From Anthoceros angustus (lineage: Eukaryota; Plantae; Anthocerotophyta), in assembly GCA_010909165.1 (NCBI GenBank), contig VJWM01000253.1, forward strand, positions 62,001-126,000: a stretch of DNA of 64,000 nt, written 5' to 3'. Below are positions 48,460-60,682 of the stretch, in pieces. The notes below the pieces were generated by a model. It ran no database searches and had not been told where the DNA came from. It was given only the letters and a program-made list of their open reading frames with translations. The stretch's first letter is position 1. Every line of letters starts with the position of its first letter. The position numbers and the translations under genes were made by a program.

Positions 48460-48683
48460 CAAATGAGAGCCTAGTGCCGTGGATGCTCACATGATATTGT
48501 GGCTAGTCCCAAAGATGTTAACACAAATGAGAGCCTGGTGCCATGGATGCTCACATGATATTGTGGCTAGTCCCAAAGACGTCAAGCTCACATGATATTG
48601 TGGCTAGTCCCAAAGACGTCAACACAAATGAGAGCCTGTTGCCGTGTATGCTCACATGATATTGTGGCTAGTCCCAAAGACAC
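48460..48683. repeat. 64-bp tandem repeat, 3 copies plus one partial
   Basis: Core gctcacatgatattgtggctagtcccaaaga at 48485, 48549, 48586 and 48650. Confidence 0.9.
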
Positions 48684-49178
48684 AAATTAATTGGTACAAA
48701 AATCATGCATTTAGTGATTTGTCTAACCACTGAGGAAAATGTTGGAAGTTATGGTCTTTGGATTAAGACAACCTCTTCTGAAATCGTCCTCACACTCTTG
48801 GAACGCCAGTCAATAATTCGTCCCGTCTACCATGGTGGCAAGAGAGTTTCGCTCATGAACAAGCATTTCCGTGCCTTGGTTATTGTACCCCTCCTCCTTA
48901 AATTTGACCAACTCCTCTATAACCCAACCTGGTCACAATTTCTCTCGTGACCAGGTTTTGTGACGTCTGTTGAAGATCTGCATCAGATAACTCGCACAAT
49001 TCGCGAGAAGTCCTGGGCGGTGACTTCGGTTTTTTTTAGTGACCGGCCTACTTCGATTTCACCCGAAAACTGCCCAAGCAAAACCACATGGAGAACCCTC
49101 TAGGCCCAAGCTTTCAATTTACAAATAGGACCTGGTCGCATCAGCAATCAAAGCGCCAGCAATGCCGAAGGTTTCTCT

Positions 49179-50651
49179 TCATCTTGCCTCGACTGGGCCA
49201 CTCATCAGATCCTTGGCGGCAGCCATGGAAGCCTCCCATGATGTGGAAGTTGACAGGAGCTTGGACAGCTGAACAGCCACATCCCGCATGTGGGGGCGAG
49301 ATGTTGGGTTTGGGTCCACACAGGACTTGGCAAGAGCTGCTGTCTTATACGCGTGATCAAGAGCGTACTGGTCTCGAAGAAGAGGATCCATCCACACCCT
49401 TAGCTTCATCCTGCTGTCATTGCTGTCTTCCATGATGCTAAAAATAGCCTCTGTGATCGAAGTCCTTCTGTACAAGTTCTGACCTTTGACCGGAACAAAA
49501 CCTACGGGCTCCTGGCCAGAGAGGAGCTCCAGCAAAATCACTCCAAAAGAAAAAACATCATACTTGAGGCTCACAATGCCCGAGAACACGTACTCTGGAG
49601 GCATGTAACCCAGAGTCCCTGCGAACTGCAAGCTTCTGGACTTGATAGGTCGCACTACTGCCAACGGGCTAGCCCTTCCGGATCCCCCAGCACCAGTCTC
49701 AGGCTGTATCTCAGCGCTGGATATCGAGTGCTCGCCGCTTGATCTGGAGAATGAGGTGGGATCTGCAGTAGGTGATTGACTTTCTCCTGTCAACTTGGAC
49801 ACACCAAACTTTGCAATCTTCGCCCTCAGATCACCGTCAATGATAATGCTGGAACTCTGTATCAACTTGTGGACGTAGGTTGGGTAGGCATACTCGTGGA
49901 GGTATTCCAGAGCCTTGGCCACATCCAAAGCAACCTGCGTGCCCCAGGTAACGCATGTCAATGTCAGGCAACAAGTTCAAAGCCATGCAGGAATAGAAAA
50001 GAATAATCAGTCCAGATGGCTCACCTGCAGCCTAGATGACCAAGATGCCAGAAGGCAGAAGTCAGGATTGGCAGGACTGCGAAGGGCGTGCCTGAGATTG
50101 ACACCTTCTGCGAATTCATGAACCAGGTACACACAGTCTCCTTCCACAAAGCATCCCCCTATGAGCCTCACGATGTTTATATGGTGCACACTGCAAAGAA
50201 GCTTCAGCTCGGCCAGAAAGTCCATGTCCTGTCTTTCATGTTTCTTCCGCGTTATTGCCACCTCCATCCCCAGAAGAGAAGCACGGTACACCGACCTGGA
50301 GACTCCGATGTTCCTAGAAGGGCTGAAATGGTCTGTGGCCTTGCTGACATCCTTGTACCTGTACACCACAGCCCCATCCGACACAAGCTGCCTCACATCC
50401 GCCAGAGAGCCGCTGCTGGCGGACTCCCTGGAGAAGGCCGAGTGCTGACCTGACGACGTGCTGCTCGACAGATTCAAACTCACATGCTCCTGGATTCTGG
50501 CCGGTTTAGCTTTGGCATGAGCTGGTGATGCTCGGCCTGGAGGAGCCATCTGCCTGAGTCCATCTCTGGGAAGCTGCTTACGCCCCGTGTTTTCTGTCGG
50601 TTCCTTAGCAGACCCAGGCTTGGAAGCAGTTGCACGCTTGAGGAAGCACAT
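49179..50651 (-). CDS. Receptor-like cytoplasmic kinase related to LysM-RLK kinase domains, probable pseudokinase, 460 aa; exons 50651-50025, 49934-49179
   Basis: YRYKDVSKATDHF, FLAELKLLCSVHHINIVRLIGGC, SWSSRLQ|VALDVAKALEYLHE, GTLGYMPPEYV, DVFSFGVILLELLSGQEP, CVDPNPTSRPHM. No signal peptide, LysM or TM segment. Resembles At3g57120-type proteins (from memory). Confidence 0.9.
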
Positions 50652-51891
50652 GCTGGTGGGTGCTCACACCACAGTCCTGCCCTCCTCTTCCCTTTGCAAC
50701 ATTCCCACAGCTCTGTCTTCCAGCATGCATCCTGAAAGCTCTGTTCGCCCACCTTCTCAGCAACTCCACCAAATAGCTTGCACTTCCCCAACCTGCCTCC
50801 CCCAACCCCACTCTCAACTTCTCCAGACAATGTTCATCCCTGCACCGGCAACCTCCAACACGATGTGGACATTCCTTCCACACCAGAGCTAGCACCCTCA
50901 AGACATGCGGGGCAGAGAAGCACAACACGGAGCTCCTCAACTCAGCAAAGCAGAGACACAAAGAGGGGGTCTCAGAGCAAGCGGGCAGCCCAGAGGGCCA
51001 AATTAAGGACCAGGCAAAAGCAAATCTTTCCTAGGACTTCAATCCCAGCCCGAGCAGTGGTTGCAAAACCGCTCCACAGCTCCAAATCTCTAACAAAGTA
51101 ATTGCCAGAAACCCGACACAAAGTCAGATCAGTGCGTGACAAGAGAAGGCCGGCACTGACTTCCTGGACCCTGGTGTATAATCCGCAAAAGCGAAGAGGA
51201 AGCAAGAAGCAGGAGTGGCGATCACAGCGCCTTGGCTGACATCAGGAAATAGTTACAAACATTGGTCAAGCCGACCGCAGGACCCCAGGCGCCTGGAAGC
51301 TTCACGCTCGGACTCGAGGGTGGTAACAGACTGAGATCCTGACGTCACAGGACACCATCTGGCGTCTAGCGCCAACTTCTAAGCCCGACTGCTGCTGTCT
51401 TATTCTAATCAGCATGCTGCGTTCACACACGCACACTCTGGCACAGACACGCCCGCTGCCGCAGCAGCAATCCTACCGCAGAGATCTTCGCATTTAGTAT
51501 CCAGTTAAAAGCCGCGGCAGCGTGTCGAGCCGACCGCACTTCGCGTGTCCGCCATAGCCGCGCCCAGAAAACCTCCTGGTAGGTGAAGCCGCTGATCGCG
51601 GACAGTTCTTGGCGGCTTCCCGGGCCCCTTCCGTGCTGTGAGTGGTGCCAACTGCACTTCCCGTGCCGAATTCGTGCACTGCTCACATCGCTCGGTCTGG
51701 ATATGGCCGCACTCCGCCGACTCGGGTGTCACAATGTAGCCCTCTTCACGCACTTCGTGTCTGTACTACTGTTGTCTGTCATGATGGGTGGCCATGGCTC
51801 ATTGGCAAGGACACACGCTTCCGTGATTCCATTAAACGGTGGGAACCCACAAAAATGGCGAGCTTGTACGTTGGAAGATACGACGCAACAG

Positions 51892-52476
<585 letters not shown>

Positions 52477-52510
52477 CTGTAGGGTCCGGTTCACAAGGCC
52501 GGCCGGGGAG

Positions 52511-54547
52511 TCAAGGACGGGAGTGGGGCATTCGTACATGTTCTGCGCTGACGATAACAGCTACTTCTGTTGGTGAAGGCTCCGACTCCGTGTCAGGGGG
52601 TGCTGGACAGTCGGCGGTGTCTGAGGCTGTAGCCAGAGCACTTGGGTCCTCTCCATCGATGACGTCCGCCTCTGATTTTGAAGAAGCGTCCTTGGGTAGC
52701 AAAACTCTGGCCCTGACATGGGTGCCTTTCAGAACCGAGGCCCGGAGGGATTCAGCCAGCTTGTCTACCGGGGCAGTCCCTGCTTTCAGAGTTACCCGAG
52801 CGGCTTGCTTCGGCGTTCCAGTCCTTGCACCGAACATGGTTACACTATCTACAACTCCTCCCAGCTTTTCTACGTGCTGCTCCACATCAAACCATGTTAC
52901 CTTAGGATCCAGATACCAGAGAACAAGCTTCTCTTTGTGAGGGAGTTCTTGAGCCTTGCGAGTAGGAACCCTTTGGGCAACCGGAGGTAGTGTTTCACTC
53001 GGTCCTGTGGGTAGCTTTTTCCCTGTTTCCGCCTCAATTTGCCTCTTCAGGTCCCTGAGTACCTTGATCTGGCTCAGCTTCTCTTGGGACAGCTTGTCCC
53101 AGTAGATACCTGTGTGCCCCCCGAGAGAACATTCCTGTTCTCAGCCCCCGTGCTCCAGTCCCACACAGAAGCCAGAATTCCAGATGGTATGGAGTTACCT
53201 GTAGGCTTTGGAATGGTCGTGTTGGTGCGGATGACTTGGGTAGGAGTGCAGATGATGTCCACCGGGACGTCATGTATAAGAAGTTTTTCCACTGGTATGG
53301 TGTCTACCAGCTGCTTATCATGCACTGACAACGCACATTTCTCTCATCAGGGGCAGAATCAGTGGCAGATCATACAGAACCAGGAAGGCCCATCATTCCA
53401 GCAACCGAAGGAGGGTAAGTAGACTACCTGATGTAACGATAAGTGTGGAGTCATCGATTGCACCCATGTAGCGCAGCAGACCATACTCCAACTCTGCAAA
53501 ACCCTGCAGAGTGCCGGAAGGAGCTGAATGGAGAGTCAAGGTGAAGGCACACAAAACAATCACAAGCCAGAAATGGATGCTGCGTCTTCTACCTCTCCTT
53601 TCCCGAGACGGGCACCAGTTGCAGGATCCACAGCCACAGAGCCAATAACAAGAAGATCCACCTTCAAGTCCGCCTTGACTGTGAGGGGCTTCCCATGCTT
53701 GGCTACCCCTGCTGAGGTGACAGACTCTTTAATCGCTTCAGTAGACAGAACGACAGGATCCAACAACGAAAAGAAGCCTGTCCGAAGCCGAGGCTGCGGA
53801 GTTATCATCTTCTTGCCCTCTGCATCCACACTCACGCCAGGATGCTTCAGGCCATGTGAGGACGCAAATACCATGTTCTTCACCCAAAATGCTTAATGCT
53901 CTCACCAGCCAAAACCAAGCGTCGCAGTAATTTCTGAGGAGTATCCGGATTCACTTTCACAGTCTTGGCAGCCACAAATTCTGGCAAACTTGCCACCTAA
54001 AACAGTTCCACAATGTTGAGGATGCACAGAAAATTCAGCAACGCACCCTCCAGAGAATGGAATGAACTCCACTAGAACCCAAACGCACATACAATGAAAA
54101 GAGCAGCACCTTCGTGGCTGCCACATTCGCACCAACGAAATTCGGAATCCGGTGGTGCACAGGTCGCGGGTTCTGGGCCAAGTTCTCGGCTTCCAGCAAG
54201 TCCCAAATCTTCTTCCGGATGGCCCACTTCCAAGCTCCAGGCTTCTCCTCTGCCCCGTCGGAACCAGCACCCTCTTCCTGCTCCACTTGACTCAGCTCGG
54301 CCGCCATTTGGTCCCGGGCCTCCGCGTCCAGCTGGAGCCGCTCCGCCTCGAACGCCTCCACGTCGAACGCCTGCTCCACCGCCGGAGTCGCCCCGTCCGA
54401 GGCCGTAGCGGAGCACAATCTGAGCCTGTGCGCCTGGTGCGCGCAGCGCTGTTGCAGCGGCCTGGCACAGTTAGTGGCGGGGAGCGACGACAGGGGGTGC
54501 CCCGACGGCACGATCACGGACGGCTTCAGCCCCAGTGCCTGAGCCAT
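52511..54547 (-). CDS. COG0212: 5-formyltetrahydrofolate cyclo-ligase-like protein (COG0212/MTHFSD) with transit peptide and C-terminal RRM-like extension, 518 aa; exons 54547-54110, 53996-53906, 53819-53593, 53503-53428, 53324-53199, 53109-52511
   Basis: [14 protein letters not shown]...[91 protein letters not shown]. All junctions are GT-AG and phase-consistent (1557 nt). Confidence 0.92.
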
Positions 54548-54984
54548 CGCTCTCCCCCCGCACCCCAGCATACGGAGCTCCTGCTTCCTCGCCGCCCGAC
54601 TCCACGATCACCGCACTCCGGCTAACCTAGCCCGCATCCTGCTCCCAGCAAGGCCGCCAGTCCCCCGCCTGCATCAAGCCCAGCAGCCTTCCATCCCCGC
54701 ACTGCAATCTGTCAGGGCCCAGTACGGTTTCCAGGCATCCAGGCTCCCGCACCCACCGAGACCTCCTCCCGCCGGGTGCAAAAGTGTAAACACAATAGTG
54801 AAATGTGTGTTTTTGAGGCAAATTGCACAGTCTGCAGATATATGGCCTCGGATAAGATCTCTGTGACTGTGAGCAGGAAGGCTCCAGGCACTTTTGTAAG
54901 TTGGGAGTTGTTTGCCGTAGCTGCTACGCTTGGATGAGATGCACAGCATGATATAGCCGTTCCTTCACTCCGACGGTTACTCTC

Positions 54985-55092
54985 TTGGGTCGTGTAAACA
55001 CGCAGACTTGGGTCGTGAGAGCACTCAAATTGGGTCGTGTAAACACGCAGACTTGGGTCGTGAGAGCACTCAAATTGGGTCGTGAAAACACG
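54985..55092. repeat. 45-bp tandem repeat (2.4 copies) in the COG0212/DUF4326 divergent intergenic region
   Basis: Unit ttgggtcgtgtaaacacgcagacttgggtcgtgagagcactcaaa. Confidence 0.95.
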
Positions 55093-55125
55093 AAGATAGG
55101 CTGTTGTAGGGCTTGCTGGGCGGCC

Positions 55126-55494
55126 ATGGTGCGGGCAGTGAACGGGTATAGGGATGGGTGGAGGGGCGAAGGCGTGGTTTACATCGGGAGGCGGAACCCC
55201 AAGTTCAACCTGGTGGGATCTCCGCTCGGCAACCCTTTCAAGATCGGGATGGACGGGGACAGGGAGGATGTTGTGGCCAAGTACAGAAGCTGGCTGGGGC
55301 AGCTGGTAAGCGAGGGGCTTGCTGGCCGCACCAACCCGCAGTTCCAGCACCTGATGGAGCTGGTACGTCTGGCGCAACCTGGAAAACCTGAGCTCAAGCT
55401 TGCCTGCTACTGTAAGCCTCTGGCCTGCCATGGGGACGTGGTGGCGGACTGGATCCATCGACTGTTGGAAAGCCACCAAGCTTCTCCTTCTTGA
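55126..55494 (+). CDS. DUF4326-family protein, 122 aa, intronless
   Basis: VVYIGRR...GSPLGNPF...DREDVVAKYRSWL...LACYCKPLACHGDVV is the DUF4326 signature. The ATG at 55126 is in a strong gccATGG context. The ORF-track start at 54985 only translates the tandem repeat. Confidence 0.88.
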   Translation: MVRAVNGYRDGWRGEGVVYIGRRNPKFNLVGSPLGNPFKIGMDGDREDVVAKYRSWLGQLVSEGLAGRTNPQFQHLMELVRLAQPGKPELKLACYCKPLACHGDVVADWIHRLLESHQASPS

Positions 55495-56639
55495 GGCATA
55501 AGCTGTTGTGAGCGCCGTGTACACATTGTGAGCAAACTTGATTGCAAGACATTCCAATTCAGCAAGGGCACTGCTCGAAGAACTGAACCCAAAGCGTGTT
55601 TGTTGATCACGATTTCTGTTCCCTTGGTTTGCATAGACGTTGGATGCGATCCGAAGGGTCTCCGCAAGTCGAACCTCTTCCCTTCGGCTGTGGAGTTTGC
55701 GGCTGTCTCTCCTTACACCTAATGTACATTATGTACTATGTATATTTCTTAATCAAGCCGGCGGTTAGGCAAACGCCCTAGTGTTCGGGGGCTTATACCT
55801 AGTAGTTTTAGCCAACTATGCTTTTACAAGATTTCTCCTGAGGGCTTGTATAACTCGGTATATGAAGATGAAACTATGTTTGATTATATATATTTGATCT
55901 TTTGTATATTATTCTATTTTTATTTAAATATAAAATATTTATATATTATCATTTCAAATCTCATAACTGATAAGTATTATAGTAGATGAGTAACTCCCTT
56001 TCTAGAGAGGTAGGTAAATACGTAATTAGAAACAACAACACTACCAGGCACCACCAGCACCATTGCCGTTGCTCTTTACTATAGCAAGAGTCAATAAGAG
56101 TACATGAGAGATTAGAACGAGCTCATCATCTTCACGTGAGTTACGTGCAGGGCTCTCACCCCTCTATCTCGTGCTCACAACTTTCCTCTAGACACACACA
56201 CTTTAGGCTCCCATAGTCTCTAAGCACCCAGTCCTATCCTCAACCACACTGTGGCACAAATGCTAGAATCCCCAAGTAACTGTCTAAAGCAAAGTGGCTT
56301 ACTTAAGCCCTAAGCAAAGCCTCACTACCACTAACCACATATGTTATTAAACTAGATCTAGGGTTGCGTAGTTCTCATGCATCATTTTTTCACCTCAATA
56401 AAAACTTCCACTTGCTTTTTACTAGATGAGTTCATTCAATCTCTTCTATAAAATAGATAAATTATACCTAGAACAAATCTATGTATGTACAATATTGTAT
56501 TTGTGGAGATGAGTAGAACTTGTCTTTTGATAGGCACTTGAATGATTATCATGTATTCACCCTAGAGATTTAGAAACATGTAAAGAGGCGTGATGCAATG
56601 TTTACTGCTCTTCTCTCTTTACACGTGATGAGACGGATT

Positions 56640-58610
56640 TCAAGGTGGAAAGGAAAGAGAGGATAGTGTTTGGTGTTTGGTGTTTGGCATGCCTTGATAC
56701 CCACCCGGAGTGGGTGGTCTTACAGGTTGATGTCGAGAACGCCTTCAATACCATTTCTAGGAGCGTCATCTTCGAGGAGCTTAGGGATGTCGGCGTCGGG
56801 AGCCTTATACCTTTTGTCCGGTGCTTCTACGGAGGTCCTCCAACCTCTACTACCGGCCTGAGCGTCTCTTGAGTTCTTGTCTGTCTTGGAATCGGCCATG
56901 TACTGTGCAAGGCGACCCCTAGCGGTGCTCTCTTCGCCATTGCTCACTATAGGGCCCTATCTAGGCCGCCTTCTCAGCCTTGACCCTTTTGTGACTGCAG
57001 CTCACATCCTCGGGGCTGGGACAAAGTTAAGGAGGCCTTTGAGCTCTTCTTTCATGAGCTTTCTTTGGTGGGCTTGAAGGTCAAGGGTCCAAGTGCAGCG
57101 TCTGGTCTCCGTCGGGATTCTACCTACGGTTCCATTGGGAGATTGCTCGGCTTTGGGGCTGCAGTTCTAGGGGTCCCCGGTTCCCGACTTCATCGGGAGC
57201 TTCTGGACCGGAGCTCTCGCAGGACCTCTCCCATGTCGAGGACCTCCTTTCTTTGGAGGATACAGTGGCCTTTGGAATTCTTTCCTCCTGCTTTGCTAGG
57301 CGCCTTAGTTACCTCATCCGCACGACCGCCCATCCCGACACTTTTGTCCATTGCGGTTTGATAGGAAGATTATGGATACTCTCGGGACATCACAGGCTCG
57401 GGGGCTTTTGAGTGCCCTATGGGCGTCGGCCCGGCAAGCGTCCTACACATGCAATTTGGAGGCAGTGCACCCTCTCTGGAGGTCTCTTCCCGGCGGCTTT
57501 CACAGGCGGTTGGGCCCCTCTTAGGCTTCTCGGTTCATCCTCCATGACAGCCCTTCGAGGATCTCGTATCAGTGTGGAGGAGGAACCTTCTCTCTCCAAA
57601 GCGTCCTTGAGGCAAGCTAGGGACATGTTATCGGTGGATGCTCGGAAGGACTTCCTCCTTTCTCGACATTTATTCGATGGTTTCGAGGGGTTGCAGGCTC
57701 CGCCGGCACCGGCCAAGCTTTCCGCCCATCCTCCAGACCCTCCATCCCCAGTCCACAAGAGCGGCCCGCCTTGTTCGGGAAGGGCGCAGTGCTTGGCTAT
57801 TGGCCCGCCCATGCATACGGGTTTCACATCGCACCAACCACCTTCACCATCGCGATGCGATTCCGTCTTGGCCTGGCCCACTGTGGCTTCTTCGCTCCTT
57901 ACTTGCGAGTGCGGCTCGCCTCGATGATCTGGGGTACCTTGCTCGTTGTCCCCACGGGGGTCATCGCATTGCCACTCACGACGCCATCCGCGATGTCATG
58001 TTCGCCATCGCCGCGAAAGCGCTACATGGCCTCGGAGGGGAGCGGATGTATACTCTCCGTCTGGTCGTTCAATCGGTGACACACCTTGTCCGTGGCGACC
58101 GTGTGCGGTGGCGTATGTGGTGGTTACCGATCCTACACGAGACACCATCTCCGCCAGTCATCACTAACTGCCCAGTTGTGCCGTCACGAGCAGCCTCAAG
58201 GTCCGCAAATATAGCGGGATGCAAGCGGGCCACCTCTTTATTCCGCTTGCACTAGAAATGTATGGGGCAATGGTCGAGGACTTTGACAAATTTGTCAAGT
58301 CCCTGCCAAGCTTACCATGCACGTAGACACTGCGGGCTGTCCTCTCGTACTTCACAAAGATACTTCCGACAACGGGTTTCAATTGCCCTTCAACGGCGCT
58401 CAACCCGATCCTCCACAAGGCGGCAGAGGGTGACGATCTTCCTCTACCTCCGTGGTTTGCGGCCGTTTATTCTTCCCGCATATGACATTGTGGGTGCAGT
58501 AGGTGACTTTAGGTAGGAAGCTTAGTTGCTCCTCTTCACCTCGACCCCCTGGTCCCCTTTGGTTGTCCCCTCCTAGATGGTTGTCCCATCGTTTTTTACC
58601 TCAATAAAAT
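56640..58610 (+). mobile_element. Decayed, 5'-truncated CRE-clade (RT plus restriction-like endonuclease) non-LTR retrotransposon
   Basis: VVLQVDVENAFNTISRSVIFEEL, LIPFVRCFYG, QGDPL.GALFAIAH, FRLGL, CECG...RCPHGGHRIATHDAIRD (CCHC), VVVTDPT, FIPLALEMYG, RQRVSIALQR. Many frameshifts. A-rich 3' end near 58605. Confidence 0.82.
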
Positions 58611-59278
58611 CTCGTTTGGTGAGTTATCTATTCATTGGCAATAGGCTATCCATTCAAAACTCTAACTTATTGGCACCTCATCCCAATACTGATCGTGCCC
58701 GAGGTGCCGAGGGCGGCAATGCGGAAGGTGTGGATGGGCATCAGATCGGGCGGCGACGGAGAGCCAACGCCACGTGCCGGTGGCGATCGGGCAGGAGTGG
58801 ATCGAGCGCCACCTACTAGAAAGGGCAGCCTATGTTCGTTGTTGCAATTTTATGTTACACGCTAACTTGCAACATCATTTGGAGGCTTGTATTAAGTTTG
58901 TCATTTCTTTCTCCAAGTGGGCCTACAATCTTAACACGAACTGGCTCTCTCTCCTACCACTTCACCCTCTTAACTATATCCCTCTCTCATACGCATTGTT
59001 TATGAATTCCCTCATGCAATTGCAACATGACTGTAACAAGGACCCCTCTCTCTCTTCTCTCCCAGTCCCCATCTTTATTACACCCCATTGGGAGTACAAT
59101 TAGTTAATGTTTTTCCTAGCTCTCTTCTTTGCACTCTCTCTTCACAACTATTTCTTAATGGTGAACAAACCTGAATATCACAGTAACATGCCCATTAACT
59201 GTCACCTTTAAAGGTGACCTAAACATAATATTATTTACCTATGTCTAAGTTCGTGGGTCCGAAGCTCACTCTGTGTTC

Positions 59279-59415
59279 GGAGGCAAGGAGAAGGAGGGGG
59301 AGAGGAGGGGGAGGAAGAGAGGAGGGGGAGGAAGAGGAGGAGAGGAGGAAGGGGAGAGGCAAGGAGGAAAGGGGGGAGAGGGATCTGAGGTGGAGGAGGA
59401 GGAGGAGTAGGAGGA
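59279..59415 (+). repeat. Polypurine (GGA/GAG) tract of about 135 nt
   Basis: Almost pure A/G run. Confidence 0.85.
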
Positions 59416-60583
59416 CGACGCGGAGTAGGCTTGGTCCTCATGCCTTGTGCTTGGAGCTGCAGCAGCAGCGGTTTTTGGCATTATGGTAGGGGGCCGAAGC
59501 ATGCTATGGAGACGGGGCCGCAGTAGGAGATAGGGTTTGATGCAAGCGTGCAATTTTGCGATGTGTGCAGTGGATACCCTTTTATGATCAATGGAATAGC
59601 TCCCTTTTGCTGTGAACTTCGGCTCGTTGGAGGGACCGTACATTTTGTTGGTGAGGTTGATGGGTTGACGCTGCTGCTGGTGCGCGTAATGGCTGCAGAT
59701 GCTGGAAGGTTCACATGTTACCGTGGATGATGGATGCAATGTTTGGGCAGTTGTCATCTCCATTTCGTCGATGGTCTTTTCGATGCGCCGAGCCATCTCG
59801 TTCTTTACCCTCTCCTTCTCCTAAATTGTTGTCCTCTCTGCATCACAGAGTGCCTGTTGGTGCTCCTATTGTTCCTTGTGAACCTGTTCCCTGAGCCTCA
59901 TCAAGGCTCTTCGGATTGCAGGGGGGCAGCATGATGCTTCCACTGCATTTGACAATTTGTCACCGCCTTTGCCTATGTTCTCTGGCCCTTCCATCAAACT
60001 CAGCGTGTGTTGTGAATTGTTCCTCTTGTCCCAGAAGTTGAGAGGCAGCAATTCCTAGAATTGGGTTTGCTGGAGTAACACAGCCCATTGTAGTGCACTG
60101 CATGTTTGAAAGCAATGCAGGGCAGACTCGCATGATGGCCCTGTTCGAAGCTTTATCTAAAAGATATCAGAAGAAAGGATGTGCTCAGTGCAACGTGAAA
60201 GGAGCATGTCCTGAACTGGCCTTGCCTGGCTGTTCTTCAGGGTCAACTTCTGTGCATATGAAGAAACACGCAACGGAGAAGGATATCTGCTACACCCGTA
60301 AATCGCTGGCATCAGAGCAGTGGTAGAACAAATTTCAGCACAAGATTACCCAAATCCCGCCACAGACAGAGTCTGCCACATGCACCGGGTTCCTTCTTCC
60401 AATTGAAGGCGGCTTTCATGTTCCAGGAACATTGCCAACCCTGGACACGCCCGCAGCTGTGTCCGTGTCTTCTTAGACAGGGACAATGGAATCGCGTTTT
60501 TGTTAGGGAACTTGTGATGCTGGAAACATTAAGAAGCACGATCCTCCTCGAAACAATAAGAAGCACGAGCATGCGCGAAACAA

Positions 60584-60682
60584 GAAGACCATGGCCAAGC
60601 CGGCGGCCGCGGCCGTCATTGCCTTCGAAGACCATGGCCAAGCCGGCGGCCGCGGCCGTCATTGCCTTCGAAGACCATGGCC
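60584..60682. repeat. 43-bp tandem repeat x2.3
   Basis: gaagaccatggccaagccggcggccgcggccgtcattgccttc at 60584 and 60627, partial at 60670. Confidence 0.95.

Noticed and set aside
48485-48680. 31-bp direct repeats with intervening sequences resembling a CRISPR array
   Set aside because: The two 33-nt spacers are near copies of each other and one is only 6 nt. It is a 64-bp tandem repeat in a eukaryotic context with no cas genes.
51355-51375. TGGCGCTAGA (minus strand) as a tRNA-Asn PBS
   Set aside because: Only about 10 nt match and there is no adjacent LTR end.
54985-55125. N-terminal repeat extension (GRVNTQTWVVRALKL) of DUF4326
   Set aside because: It starts at TTG and merely translates the DNA tandem repeat. 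The ATG at 55126 has strong context and matches the family start.
54712-55557. 281-aa minus-strand ORF
   Set aside because: Antisense shadow of the GC-rich DUF4326 gene and the 45-bp repeat, with no motif.
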